A stretch of 64,000 nucleotides of DNA from Octopus sinensis (Eukaryota). Shown piece after piece: positions 13,641 through 26,297 of this stretch (within the stretch, counting starts at the first letter, position 1; each line of letters starts with the position of its first letter). The stretch spans positions 64,294,001 through 64,358,000 of the forward strand of contig NC_042998.1 of assembly GCF_006345805.1 (NCBI RefSeq), in the 5' to 3' direction. The notes beneath the pieces are model-generated. The model made no database searches, was not told where the DNA came from, and saw only the letters and a list, made by a program, of their open reading frames with translations. The translations under genes were made by a program, and so were the position numbers.

Positions 13641-13985
13641 ATTATCGAAAATGAGTGAAATGCATTTGACCATTCTCGTTGGTAACTGATGAAAAATGGG
13701 TGACCTATGTTTTCTGTCCGTCTGTGTATTTAGTATATCTTCGTTTGTTTATTTACTACACATTTTTGTTTTATTTATAGAATATAGGTCCATCATATTT
13801 TCCATTTCTTGTCTTTTTATTTAATCCCGAAAAAAATGTATATGTGTGTGTGTACGTGTGCATGTGTGTGTATGTTTCTTTTTATGTTTAGCTATAACTA
13901 AAAGAATATTATTCTAAAGAATAAACTGCTTGTGCATTAATATATACATATATATAAACTGCTTATTCATATAAATGTATGTGTG

Positions 13986-14031
<46 letters not shown>

Positions 14032-14842
14032 AGAGAAAGAAAGGGAGATAATATTATATGTAACAATATGTGTCTGTACTGGGCGTCGTGTGGGCGTCGT
14101 TAGAGAACAAATATCTTTCGGTTCCCTAGTTTTAGAAATATTCATTTCGAGAGCATTTCATCTGCAAAATATTTAAGGTTTAGATGTGATTAGTTGTAAA
14201 TGAAAGTATATATTTATGAAGAGTTAAACTGGATATGCTCATATGATAAAAGGAAGTATTAACACTACAACTAAAATACAGAGATAAAGAAGAAAGTAAG
14301 GAAGAAAATAATTCTTATAAAATAGTGTTAGAAAGTCAGCTTAGATAATTTCAATAATATACTGTTTATAATCATTACGCTATGTGTATTAACACGAATG
14401 TTATAATTATATTTGCAGAACAATGCACGCCATATTTATGCCACAGACTGTTTGCCTTTAGTGGTTTGTCTTGCAAGAACTGTTGAAACTCATCAGGTGG
14501 CCCCAAGTAGATCGGTTACATTAGTATCCGAAAGCAGTGCTAGATTTGTGGTTTATTCAGTTTTTGGCTATTTTTAGGTTCTTATTACTCTGCATGCAAA
14601 AGTTGTTGATTAGATTTGTGTAGTTAAATTATTTTTCTTAAAGCGTTGACTGCATGCATACATCATCAACTGAATAAGAATGTTCGGAGTAATATATATA
14701 GAAAATATATTTAAAACATTCATCACAGGTTTCGTCTGCGATCATCGTAAGAGACTGAACCCCATTATATATAAATAGCTAATTTCCAAATTACCGCCTT
14801 TGCGTCATATAAATTCATATAATCTTCGTATTTCTCACCATT

Positions 14843-15451
14843 AATAATATTTTCTACTCTAGGCATAAGGCTCGAAGTTTTGAGGGAGAGGGCTAGTCGA
14901 TTAGATCGACCTCATTACGGAACTAGTACTTAAATTTTCGACCTGGAAAAAATAAAAGGCAAACATGACCTCGGCAATATTTGAAATCAGAACATAAAAA
15001 CAGACGAAATATCGCTTATCACTTTCGCCCGGCGTGCTATAGTTTCTGCCAGCGCGCCGCCTTCCACTTGAAGAATAATCTTTTCTACTCTGAGCACAAA
15101 GCCCGAAATTTTGTGGGCGGGGGCCTATCGATTAGGTCGACCCCAGTACGCAATTGGTATTAAAATTTTCAACCTCGAAGAGATGAAAGGCAAAGTTGAC
15201 CTCGGCGGAATTTGAACTCGGAACGTAAAGAAAGACGAAATACCTATTTCTATTTCTTTACTACCCACAAGCAGCTAAACACAGAAGGGACAAACAAGGA
15301 CAGACAAACGGATTAAGTCGATTATATCGACTCCAGTGCGTAACTGGTACTTATTTAATCGATCCCGAATGGATGAAAGGCAAAGTTGACCTCGGCGGAA
15401 TTTGAACGGCAGACGAAATACCGCGAAGCATTTCGCCCGACTTGCTAACCC
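14843..15451 (-). mobile_element. SINE family B cluster: internally duplicated (dimeric) copy followed head-to-tail by a monomer
   Basis: Three repeats of the core gttcaaattccgccgaggtc.actttgcc...aagtacc; same layout at 36961-37585. Confidence 0.8.
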
Positions 15452-16041
15452 TTGAAAATAAGAAACCTCGCCAACTTAAAAATAATAAAGCGTGCTAAAC
15501 TTTCGGCTTGCTTGAGGACTTGCTATTAAAAATGAAAGGAAATAAATACTTCATTTACTACTTCTCAATTTACTGTTAACGACCTATATTTACTACCTAC
15601 TCTGACCCTACACACATAAATTTATTAAGTTATTGATAAAGTACCATCATCAGATAGTTATATAATATTGAAATTATAAGATCATCAATAATTAAGCATA
15701 TTCATTATAATTAGAACTCTTACATGATGTACTAATTATATTTGTTATATATGTATATATGCTAGTATGCGCGTGTCATCAAACACGCAGATAGTATTTT
15801 AATAATACTAAGTGGAGGTCATTTGGTCAATGCTGGTGGTATATTCTACACATCGTGCAAGTGATGTATCGATCACAGCGCTGCTGGAGACAATAAAGCT
15901 TCAATGTTTAAAGCGGTCCTAATAATCGAGATCAGTCATGCACTTAATTCCTTTAATGAATGACCTCTGTGGTGATTCAGTTTTCGAAACGTTTTGTTTT
16001 GCATGGAGATACCAGAGGGGACAGCTGTATTTTTTATATAA

Positions 16042-16604
16042 GTTTTTTTTAATATACTGCCACGCTTTTTGGTGGAATCCTTTTCTGTAGAGAAAGGGAC
16101 TTCATCCTATAGTGTTAGTAGTAAACTCACTGCTTGTTACAAGGGGACCGGTAACCATTACAATATGTAGCGGCGATAGGTCAACACGTTGTTCTGAGAC
16201 TGACCAAGGGATTTTTATTTTTAGATATAAATGATGTACTTAAATGTAGTTGTGTTTTTAGCTTCTGCTTTTTCCATGATCACATGTGAGTATTTTATTT
16301 ATGTTCCCTCGTAAGCTCTACTGAAGAAGAATATATCCTTTATAGGGATTAAATCCGAAATTGATTCAATATAGAGATAACGAAGTTTAAATTTTCTAAA
16401 GGTTAGTTGCCCGCTTTCAGTTCAATTTTCGTGTAACAAGTGGATTATAAGTGGATAAATCAGTGTATTGGCTATAGAATAACCTTCTTTAGCCCTTAAT
16501 TATGAGATGTTTATACTTTAACCGTAAAGGGTTTTTTAATATACTGCCACATTTTTGATGGAATCCTTTTCTGTAGAGAAAGGGACTTCATCCTATATTG
16601 TTAG

Positions 16605-16606
<2 letters not shown>
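16042..16606 (+). mobile_element. Non-coding ~487-bp unit with ~76-bp terminal direct redundancy carrying a hammerhead ribozyme (retrozyme-like or solo Penelope pseudo-LTR)
   Basis: 16042-16120 is repeated at 16531-16606 with ~4-5 differences; hammerhead at 16309-16383; ends at a (TA)n tract; no long ORF. Confidence 0.65.
16309..16383 (+). ncRNA. Type I hammerhead ribozyme
   Basis: Stem I CUCUA(16316-20)/UAGAG(16372-76), extended by 4 bp after an internal loop; core CUGAAGA (16321-27) plus extra A; stem II GAAU/AUCC (one A-C mismatch) with an inner 6-bp hairpin; GAAA (16357-60); stem III AUUG-auu-CAAU; AUA cleavage triplet (cut after 16371). Confidence 0.8.
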
Positions 16607-16693
<87 letters not shown>

Positions 16694-17017
16694 GTACATG
16701 TATATATACATATATACTTATATATACATGTCTATATTGGGCGGGCAGGTGCAAAAATTGTCAATGCACTTGTATGTATACCTTTATATGTACTTGACAG
16801 AAATTTACAAAAGAGAATAAACAGCCGAGTGTCTACTGTATTGCAAGAAGCTCGCAGTCCTTCCTATGCTATGATTTCTTTGGAATGACAGAAAATATAC
16901 AAATAGAGATACTGAGGGACACATATGTTTGACAAAAACAAACATATGGAATAAACTAATGGAGTGAGAAAATCATCACTGGAGAGTTCAAGTATAAGGA
17001 ATGTGTACGTGTATATA

Positions 17018-17089
<72 letters not shown>

Positions 17090-17327
17090 GTATATGTGTA
17101 TGTAAATATATATGTATGTAAGTATTGAGGCAAATAGAAATAAAATCTTGATTCGGATAAAATAGATTATATGCTAATATAATTGGATTATATTGACAGC
17201 ATGGGAAATATAAAAAAGAAAATGATTTTATAGGTATGACACGAATATAAAAATAGAACAGCTTTGTATTAGGTTTCACAAATATACTTATATGGTTATA
17301 TATATGTACACACACACGCACACACAT

Positions 17328-17358
<31 letters not shown>

Positions 17359-17432
17359 TTTATTATATATACATATAAATGCATGTATGTATATATATAT
17401 ATATTTTATTTATATATATATATATATATCTG

Positions 17433-17468
<36 letters not shown>

Positions 17469-17479
17469 ATATATATATA

Positions 17480-17535
<56 letters not shown>

Positions 17536-17924
17536 CACACACATACACAAACACACTCATATATATTCAGGAATGTAGGAAGGGAGAGCGCAAGTGTGTG
17601 TGTGTGTGCCAGAAAAGTTAAAGAAAATCCTATGTTTTCTCAATGAATAGATGTTATATATTTAAATGTATATTTGGGTGTATATACATATGCACACATA
17701 CACGCACACAATCACACACACACACGCACGGACACATACACACACATAATGGAATGAAAAACAGCGTCTAGTGCTTATTTGTATTCGTGTGATTTGCACA
17801 TACCTCATTGGTAGTCTATTAGCTGCTGAATCCCGTCTTATTCTTATGTACACTTAGAAAAGCCATCCTCTTATATATCACGAATGATTGGAATTTACCT
17901 GAGCGCCTCCCTTTTCTCTCTGTA

Positions 17925-17959
<35 letters not shown>

Positions 17960-17969
17960 TATATATATA

Positions 17970-20900
17970 TTGTTGTTGGTATCCTTTTTGTCTCAGGAGA
18001 CAATGGAGTTGCGCATAAAATAATCATGTCCGGATTTTCCATTTAATGTAGTAATACATCTCCTGCTGCGGATGAGTAGTTCTTACCTGCACAAACACTC
18101 CCTCTGGCAGGTGCTGCAAATGTAGCGAAGACTTTGCCTAGCTAGTTGTAATGTCATAGTTTCTTGTTGACGTATGTTCGTGTCTTTCCATTTCTCTTCT
18201 CTCTCTCTCTGCCATTCCTTTGTGTTCCCTCTTTTACGGTACCTCACCAATCTCCACGGTTGCTGATAACTGCTCCCCAGTTGCTAATATTGGTGTCGCA
18301 GGCCTACATGTCCCTTTTCCAAACATCCTTGTATCGTAAGAACGGTCTTACCACAAACCTAGTGCCACTAGCAAGCTCTCCGTAGAGTAAGTCCTTGGGG
18401 GTTCTGCCATCTTCCATGCGGCTAACATGTCCAAGCCATCTCATACGTATTTGTGTGAGGAGTGCAAACATGCTTGGTATTACTTCTTGCTTGAGAACAA
18501 CTTTGTTGGGGACATGATTCTGCCATTTGATGCCAAGGATTTTCCGGAGGTAGCGCAGCTGAAAGATATTTAGGCAACGCTCTTGGTGTGTGTAACGCGT
18601 CCAAGCCTGACTTCCATACAGTAGAGTGCTAAGTACACATGTCTGGTAAATCTTCTTGTTTGTGGCCTTGGTCAGCTTATTGTTGCCCTATGCCCGTTTG
18701 GAAAGTTGGACTACCACAGCAGCCACCTTACCAATACGTATATTGAGCTCAGCATCAAGCGATAGGTTGTAGGTGACGTTAGAGCCAAGATAGGTAAACC
18801 TCTCTACCTCCTGTAGACTGTGGTCTCAAATATATATGTTTGGGATGTCCGATGTAGTCTGACGCATGATGTTGGTCTTCTTGCGGCTGATAACTAAGCC
18901 AAAGTCGATACATGCTTGCTCAAAACAGTTGATGAGCCTTTGCACGGCTTCTTCTGTGTGATACCAGAGCGGCATCATCGGCAAATAGCATCTCATTGAT
19001 CAGGACGCTTCTGATTTTGGTCTTGGCACGCAAACGCGAGAGATTGAACAGTTTCCCGTCATTTCTACTCTGCAGGAACACTCCATCATCTGATGTCTCA
19101 AAGGCATGTGACGGCAGCAGCAGCAGCAGCAGCGAGAAGATGCCAAATAATGTAGGAGCAAGGACACAACTTTGTTTTACCCCGTTTTGTATTTGGAAGG
19201 CGGCTGATGTTGAACTATCGTGCTGTATAGTGCCTTGCATATTATCATGGAAAGATTTGATGATCCTCAGCAGCTTTGGTGGACATCCGATTTTTTGGAG
19301 CAGGATGAACAGGCCTTTTCTATTTACTAAGTCAAAGACCTTTGTCAGGTCAATGAAAATCATATATAATGGCATTTTCCGCTCACTGGACTTCGCCTGA
19401 ATTTGGCGTATGGAGAATATCATGTCAATAGTTGATCTGCTTCTTCTAAAGCCAAACTGCGATTCTGGATAAATTCGAGAAGCAAGCAGTTGTAGCCTGG
19501 AGAGGACAACGCGAGCAAATATCTTTCCAATAGTTCTTAGAAAAAGATATTCAACGGTAATTGCTACAATCACCACGGTCACCTTTGTTTTTGTAAAGCG
19601 TAACGATGTTAGCATGCCGCATATCCTGAAGGACTGTACTCTCTTCTCATCACTACCTCAGAGGCTCAGGAAGGTGCCGAAGCAGTACGGTGTTTTTGCC
19701 GGCTTTAGTGATCTCTGAGGGGAAGCCGTCTTTTTTGGAGCCTTGTTACTGGCTAGGGAGTCAATAGCCTTGTTGAGCTCTCGTATAGATGGCAGACTCT
19801 CAAGCTCGAACATGACTGGCAAGATCTTGACACCCTCGATTGCAGCCTCAGCTCCATGTTCTCCCGTGAGTAGAGATCCTGGTAGTACTCCACCAATCTA
19901 TCCATTTGCTTGCTTTGGTCTTTGATGAGATCTCCAGTAGTTGATTTCAGAGGGGATGACTTGGTTGCGGATGGACCGAGGGTCTTCTTCAAACCGGCAC
20001 ACATCCCACCGGTGTCGCCACTGTCAGCAGCTAACTGATACTCTGACAGATTCCCTACCAATATCAATTTGAACTGTGTCTGGCAGTAAGTTGGGTTTTA
20101 TTTCTTGCCTTTCTGAGTTCTTCGAGTGACCTTGTAGAAGAATCACTCTTGTATTGCTTCAGAGCTGCGCGCATTGCTTCGATAACTGGTTCCAGCTCTG
20201 AGAGCCCAACACTGAACCAATCTGGGTTTTGCCTTTCTCTCATGCCGAAAGTATCTATTGATGTGGTATACAAACTTCCCTGATATAATTTTACCTACTT
20301 TCAGCGGAGGAGGTGGGCAGCTACTGAGGGCAACCTTGATAGAAACAGCAAAACATTATCGCAGTGTAGGGTCCGAGGTTCTGGCAGTATTAATGCCTGG
20401 TCGGCCCATTTTCTTGGAGTGATGGACTTTTAAGGCGGAATAATCAACCTGCGTCTTATTAGTGATTGATCTGTGTCATAATCCGCGCTGTGGTAACTAT
20501 GGGTCAGCTGAACAGTATTCAGAAGGGATCTTCGTGTAATGATGAGATCCAACTGATGCCAGTGGTGAGATTTTGTACTCTCCAAGATCCCTTGTGGGAT
20601 GGCTTGTTGGCAAAGAATGTGTTAGTGATGCACAGGTTATGGTATGCGCAAAATTGAAATGGTCATTCATGTTGCCAATACCAAAATGCCCAACACAAAT
20701 GGGCCACGAATCATGGTCAAATCCCACGCGAGCGTTAAAATCTCCTAGAAGGTAGATGTTTTCATTGGTTGGTATATTTCTAATGGCAGAGCTGAGATCT
20801 TTGTGGAAATGTTTCTTGGTCTCCTCTGAGCTGTAGAGAGTGGGAGCATAGATGATCAGTAGATGTACTGAGCCAGAAGAGGTCGAGCAGCGCAGTGAGA

Positions 20901-21235
20901 AGATACGCTCAGTGCCTCCTGATGGTGGTTCTATTAAGGAAATTAATGAGTTTCTCACTGCAAAGCCAACACCAAGCAGACGAGGTTCTTCTGGATCGCT
21001 CCCTTGCTAAAAGAAAGTGAAATCCTGTTCTTGTCTCCTGTTGTCCAGCAATGTCTATGTTAAGCCTATTTAGTTCACGGTCAATGATAGTCGTCTTTCT
21101 TGTTCTTCAACCCTGAGTAGATCATCAGATATACCAGGGCACATGGTCCTGACATTCCTGCTTGCTAACCATAGGACGGGTGTTTTCTTGTCTTTTAGTT
21201 GCTTGCCTGGTGCAGAATGTGCAGGCCGTTTTTAA
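17970..21235 (-). mobile_element. Near full-length RTE (BovB-like) non-LTR retrotransposon, pseudogenised APE-RT ORF
   Basis: N-terminus APGKQ...NVRTMCPGISDDL...IIDRELNRLNIDIA; APE YLLGDFNARVG; RT QFGFRRSRSTIDMIF, FIDLTKVFD, GVKQSCVLAPTLF, LFADDAAL; C-terminal CSTCQREC; (CAA)n tail at ~17970; multiple stops and frameshifts. Confidence 0.9.
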
Positions 21236-21344
21236 AATCAAACTCTTAGCTCCAAGAAAACTACCTTTGCTAACGTTTTTGCCTGAAATTGAAGCTTCAC
21301 TTTTTGACGCAGTTATAAAGTATGAGTTGAGTGCGCTTACTTAC

Positions 21345-21379
21345 TGCTTTTTACGAATGCAAAATGTTTGACATCTTGT
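21345..21379 (-). CDS. Candidate 35-nt exon (QDVKHFAFVKS or TRCQTFCIRKK)
   Basis: Minus strand tttttttgtAG|exon|GTAAGT; two open frames; no recognised homology. Confidence 0.2.
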
Positions 21380-22099
21380 CTACAAAAAAAATGGACCGAT
21401 CAAAATGTTATTACCTGTTGACATAAGCGATATAAACCCTGACTGGAAATGAGACTTCAATTATTTCTAATGTGCATGTTCATAAAGTGACATGCACGCA
21501 GTGTGTAAATATGATTTCTCTGATTTATCCAGTGTATTACTTATCGATTACGTATTAACAAATGCTAAACTGCTTATCTTTGACGTTTTAAGAAATGAGT
21601 GGGAAGAGAAATACCAACTGCCACAGCATCATTCAAGATTGTAAAAGTTGATATTGTCTCTCATGGAAAAATGTACATTTGACTATATCCAAAATATGAT
21701 CTAGCTGTAAAAAGACGTTGAAAACTAGCGAATACTGAGGGCTACCGTATCCTTACTTGAGAAGAGATATATCGCCGATAATGATGAGAACAGTAAGCTA
21801 GCCAGCTAATGTAGAAAATTTTACGGAATGCTTGAAATGAATCGATGTATATATCGGTAAAACGAAAGGTGTTCTTTTGATCTACTGCTCTATAAGAAAG
21901 GGCTGGAATCGGATACTTGTAATACGAAGCTGCAGAACCTCTGATGTTTATAAATTTCCCATAGAGATGTAAATAAATGATGAAAAACAATTTAGCTGTA
22001 CATTTAAGCAGTTTTCAGGAATTACTGTTCATGCAATAACTAATCTCAACAGTTGAAAAAGTAGGTGGTCATCAATAACCACTGTATGCGAAAGGAAAA

Positions 22100-22900
22100 A
22101 TGAGCAAGCCATTTCTATTGTCCCTATCGCTGAGGAGCTACTACCTAAATCAGCAAATTAATCAACTGCAATTAAATATAGAATTATATTCTTGCTCAAT
22201 TGTATTTTGTAAGTCTCGGAGCAACAGAGATATGATTTTTTACTTCCAGGCAAATTCAAGAAGTGTACATCAAATAATATGCCACTCTTCATGGAATTCA
22301 GCAATTATGCAAACTACATCGATACTTGAATTTGCGATATTATTGGTATCCACATAAAATTGAGAAATCATTTAGGAATATACATCCTAGTATGTTTATT
22401 AAAACATCTATTCAAAACAGCAGGTGGGTAGTTTTCTAAATATTTGAGGAATAACACAGGATAAACTATTAACTCTAAAGCTCTTTGCAAAATGTATCTG
22501 TGCTTTGCTGAAAAGATCGCGTGTGAATGCACAGATTATATCTTTTAAAAAAATGTCAAGGTTCATCTTGAAAGTAATTGGAATTCGAAAACTTAGGAAC
22601 AATCGTGATAAGTTTATTAATTAACGTCTCTTTGTTGGTCGCACAAATAATGACGCGGTATCTCAGTTACATATTATTATCACTATGCTGTGATTGCTTT
22701 GGAACATTTAGAACTTAAAAAAGAAATTTGTTTTACAATAGACTTAGAATATCGAAACTTTAAATTTTTAATAGCTGCCATAATGATCGTAAATTAGCTT
22801 CTCGTTGTATCAATCTTTGGCCAGTAAGATTTCATATGAAAAAAACCGTGAGTTGCAAGGTTAGGTTTTTGCAGAATATGCTGCGTTTGCTTACAGAAAT
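22100..22900 (+). pseudogene. Older, highly decayed RTE-like RT relic
   Basis: Remnants FCKSRSNRDMIF, KCxxNNMPLFMEF and FAEYAAF, matching GFRxxRSTxDMIF, EKCxExNxPLFxxFID and FADDAAL. Confidence 0.5.
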
Positions 22901-23624
22901 TTAAAGTTTAGTTTGGAAACAATGAACGACACAATTTCCATCAACTTTTAACTGAACGATCTTTAGTTCTAGAATGTCTGTTGCTTGCTGCTGAGACCTT
23001 CTCTTTCTATTATCGAAGAATCAAATTACTGAAGAGATATCTACATCACTAGTTTCCATAAATTAGCGATAATTCAATACCGAATATGAGGTAAATCAAA
23101 TATTTATAGTGCTGAGTCTATCCTGCAGGAAATGCAGTTGATATGGGAAATATGATTCCCACATAGACTAATAAAATCCTATACTCCAAAGTAATCTGAG
23201 AACATGAAGTTATTGAAAGGAGCCCAATTACAAATATATTAGATTGCATCTTAATGAAGCAGGCAGTCTCGCCGCGACTACAGCAGAGAAACAACAAAGG
23301 TTTGAAGTAGAAACACAAGGGTACTGAGAAAAAAATTTCAAAGTTGGAATATGGTAAACGACAAAAATATTGAAGAAAAAGGAAAAATGACCCAGGCAAT
23401 TATTAGCTACGCAATATCAACCATACGTAATCTGCAGATCTCTGGCCAGGAATGTGCTAAGACATTGGGTCGACAGTTCTAAAAATGAGCAAAATATCAT
23501 TGGTGATGCTTCTTCATAAAATAGAAGATAAAAATAAACATTCCGACAAAATATAGTCAATAACAAGAAACGCCGCGAAAGATAAGAGGACGTAGAGAAT
23601 ATACATATGTACACATACACACCA

Positions 23625-23705
<81 letters not shown>

Positions 23706-23740
23706 AGTATCTATTTATCTATCTATCGATCGATCTATCT
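23625..23740. repeat. (CTAT)n tetranucleotide microsatellite (others at 39385-39506 and 62041-62135)
   Basis: Direct reading. Confidence 0.95.
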
Positions 23741-23763
23741 AGCTACCTATCCCAGTAGGGATA

Positions 23764-23807
<44 letters not shown>

Positions 23808-24760
23808 CCTATACATACATATAAACATTTACATATCCATATACATTGTGTAGGTAATGTGTACATGCGCAAATATGCGTGTTTTTTTTAAGTAGAGAAG
23901 TCTAATTTTTTGCATCGCTACACAGTGCGAAGTCAATTTTCGTCAATGTGATGCATAATGCATATTTTATTGAATTATCCCAAAATCTTTGTTTTCTTTT
24001 TTTGTAATTCCTACTTATTCCGTTGACCCAACTATAAATATGTAGATAGGTTGTTCACTTCATTTATTATCTCATCTACTTTTGCATTTCTTTTATTTGA
24101 AATGTGTTGCATAGCAAAATGTTACTTTTTTTTACGACTATCAGAACATATTATATTACATATATTATGGAGAATATGATAATAAATAGAAGAATTTAAA
24201 CAGAAAAATAAAAGAAATCCACTTGTTTAGAAAATAGCCTAATAATATAAAGTGTGCCTCTTCTTTAAAATACGAATACGGATTGCGTTGGTTGATTATA
24301 CAAAACATTCAGCGCTCTGTGACCTCAAACAGTGTATCGGTCGAGTTACTAATTTAGAGAATCGCTATATGGTAATACATCGGTTCTTTTCCCAACTTTG
24401 CAATTTATTCGTTTCTTCACTTGCTTCTTCAATGTGTGAAGAAGTTTCGTGTCCAAGTGTTTAGGTTGTTCGGCCCACAATCATATAGTTTTGGTAACGG
24501 TCCTTGGACCTTTCTGCATGTAGCCTAGCTGAGCTGAATATAATAATCTCATGGCAGCTGCATATAACTCTGTTCTTCTAGTTATTGCATCTTTAATTCC
24601 TTTCCAAAAAATTTTCTAATTACTGTCCAGACACACTCGTTCGCAAATGATTGAATATAGATGGATGGCCAACAGTCATGCACAAAAACATTCGACATTT
24701 TATTTATATTACGATATAATAATAATAATAATAATAATAAAAATATTAATAATAATAATA

Positions 24761-26106
24761 ATATTATAGACGAGTTAGATCAATACTAAACACAGAGCTC
24801 AATGCTAAAAACAAGATAATAGGTATCAACACTTTAGCTGTCCCAGTTATAAGTTACAGCTACAATATCCTTAACTGGACACGAAATGAACTGACCAAAA
24901 TAGATAGGAAAACAAGAAAAATAATGACAGGATCTAGGATGCATCACCCAAAATCTGACATAGAAAGACTATATATACAAGGTATAGAATGTGGTAGAGG
25001 CCTTATACAGCTGGAAAACTACTATAAAATAACCACCATAGGACTGCAAAAATATCTACTTCAGAAAGAAGGAAAACTGATCCAGATAGCGGCAAAACAC
25101 GAGTGAAACAAAAAACTGTTCTCAGTATTTAAGAAAGATGACAAATACAAACAAGAAATCATACCACCTAATAAACATGAAGAAGAAGAAGAAGATGAAG
25201 AAACAACAAAAGCTATAAAACAAATGAAATCCAAACTAAAAATAGAACGGCAAAGAACCATGATAAAACGATGGCAAGAAAAGCCCCTTCATGGTAAATA
25301 CTGGACTAAACTAAACGCAAAAGAAATAGACAAAGAAAAATCCCAGCAATGGTTGAGAAGCTCAGGACTCAAAGCAGAAACAGAGGGATTTTTAATTGCA
25401 GCACAAGACCAAAGCATCCCCACCAGAAATTACCATAAACATGTAATGAAAAGAAATATTACAAGTAACTGCAGAATATGTGGAGATGGACAAGAAACAA
25501 TAAATCATATTATCTCTGGCTGCCCAGTCCTGGCTAAGAAGGAATATATTCACAGATATGACAGATTTGGAACCTACATACATTGGAAGCTATGCCAACA
25601 TTATGGAATAACAACAGAAAAATGATGGTATAGGCACACACCAGAAAAGGTCACGCCGATACACACAGATAGAGAAATTAAGGCCAACATACCAGATATA
25701 GTTGTCAGAGATCATTAAGGAAAAAAATGCTTTCTAATTGATGTATCAATACCGGCTGATGAGAAAGTGTCTCTAAAAGAAATGGAGAAACTCTCAAAAT
25801 ACAAAGACCTGGAAATAGAGGTAACTAGAAAGTGGAATCTGAAAACAGAAACAATTCCTATCATAGTAGGTGCATTAGGCATGATAAAAAAAATATTCAG
25901 ACAAATACATAACAAAAAACACCAGGACTTACAAACACATATAACATACAGAAAATTGCACTACTAGGCACTGCACACATCCTACGCAGAACACTTTCCA
26001 TACAATAACCATCAGAGCATCACAACAAATCACAGCACATACCCAAGGCACACAGAGCTGCGCTCGGTAGTGAAGTGAAAGCACTCTATAAAAATAAAAC
26101 TACTGA
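24761..26106 (+). mobile_element. R4/Dong-type RLE LINE copy A (5'-truncated)
   Basis: CCHC knuckle CRICGDGQETINHIISGC, RxD motif, PDIV...LIDVSIP...EKLSKYKDL restriction-like endonuclease, LLGTAHILRRTLS; flanked by (TAA)n on both sides. Confidence 0.85.
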
Positions 26107-26168
26107 ATAATAATAATAAATAATAATAATAATAATAATAATATAATAATAATAATAATAATAATAAT

Positions 26169-26203
<35 letters not shown>

Positions 26204-26297
26204 TAATAATAATATAATAATAATAATATAATAATAATAATAATTATTATTATTATTATATTATTATTATTATTATATTATTATTATTATTATTATA
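26107..26297. repeat. (TAA)n tract switching to (TTA)n
   Basis: Direct reading; polarity inversion near 26245. Confidence 0.95.

Noticed and set aside
14436-14500. Minus-strand hammerhead-like CTGATGA with GCCAC/GTGGC pairing
   Set aside because: G12 is missing, stem I is offset by one base and stem III has only 2 bp; CTGANGA occurs many times by chance in 64 kb.
19113-19133. (CAG)n run, possible polyQ or polyL host protein
   Set aside because: It lies inside the dead RTE RT region; a local slippage expansion.
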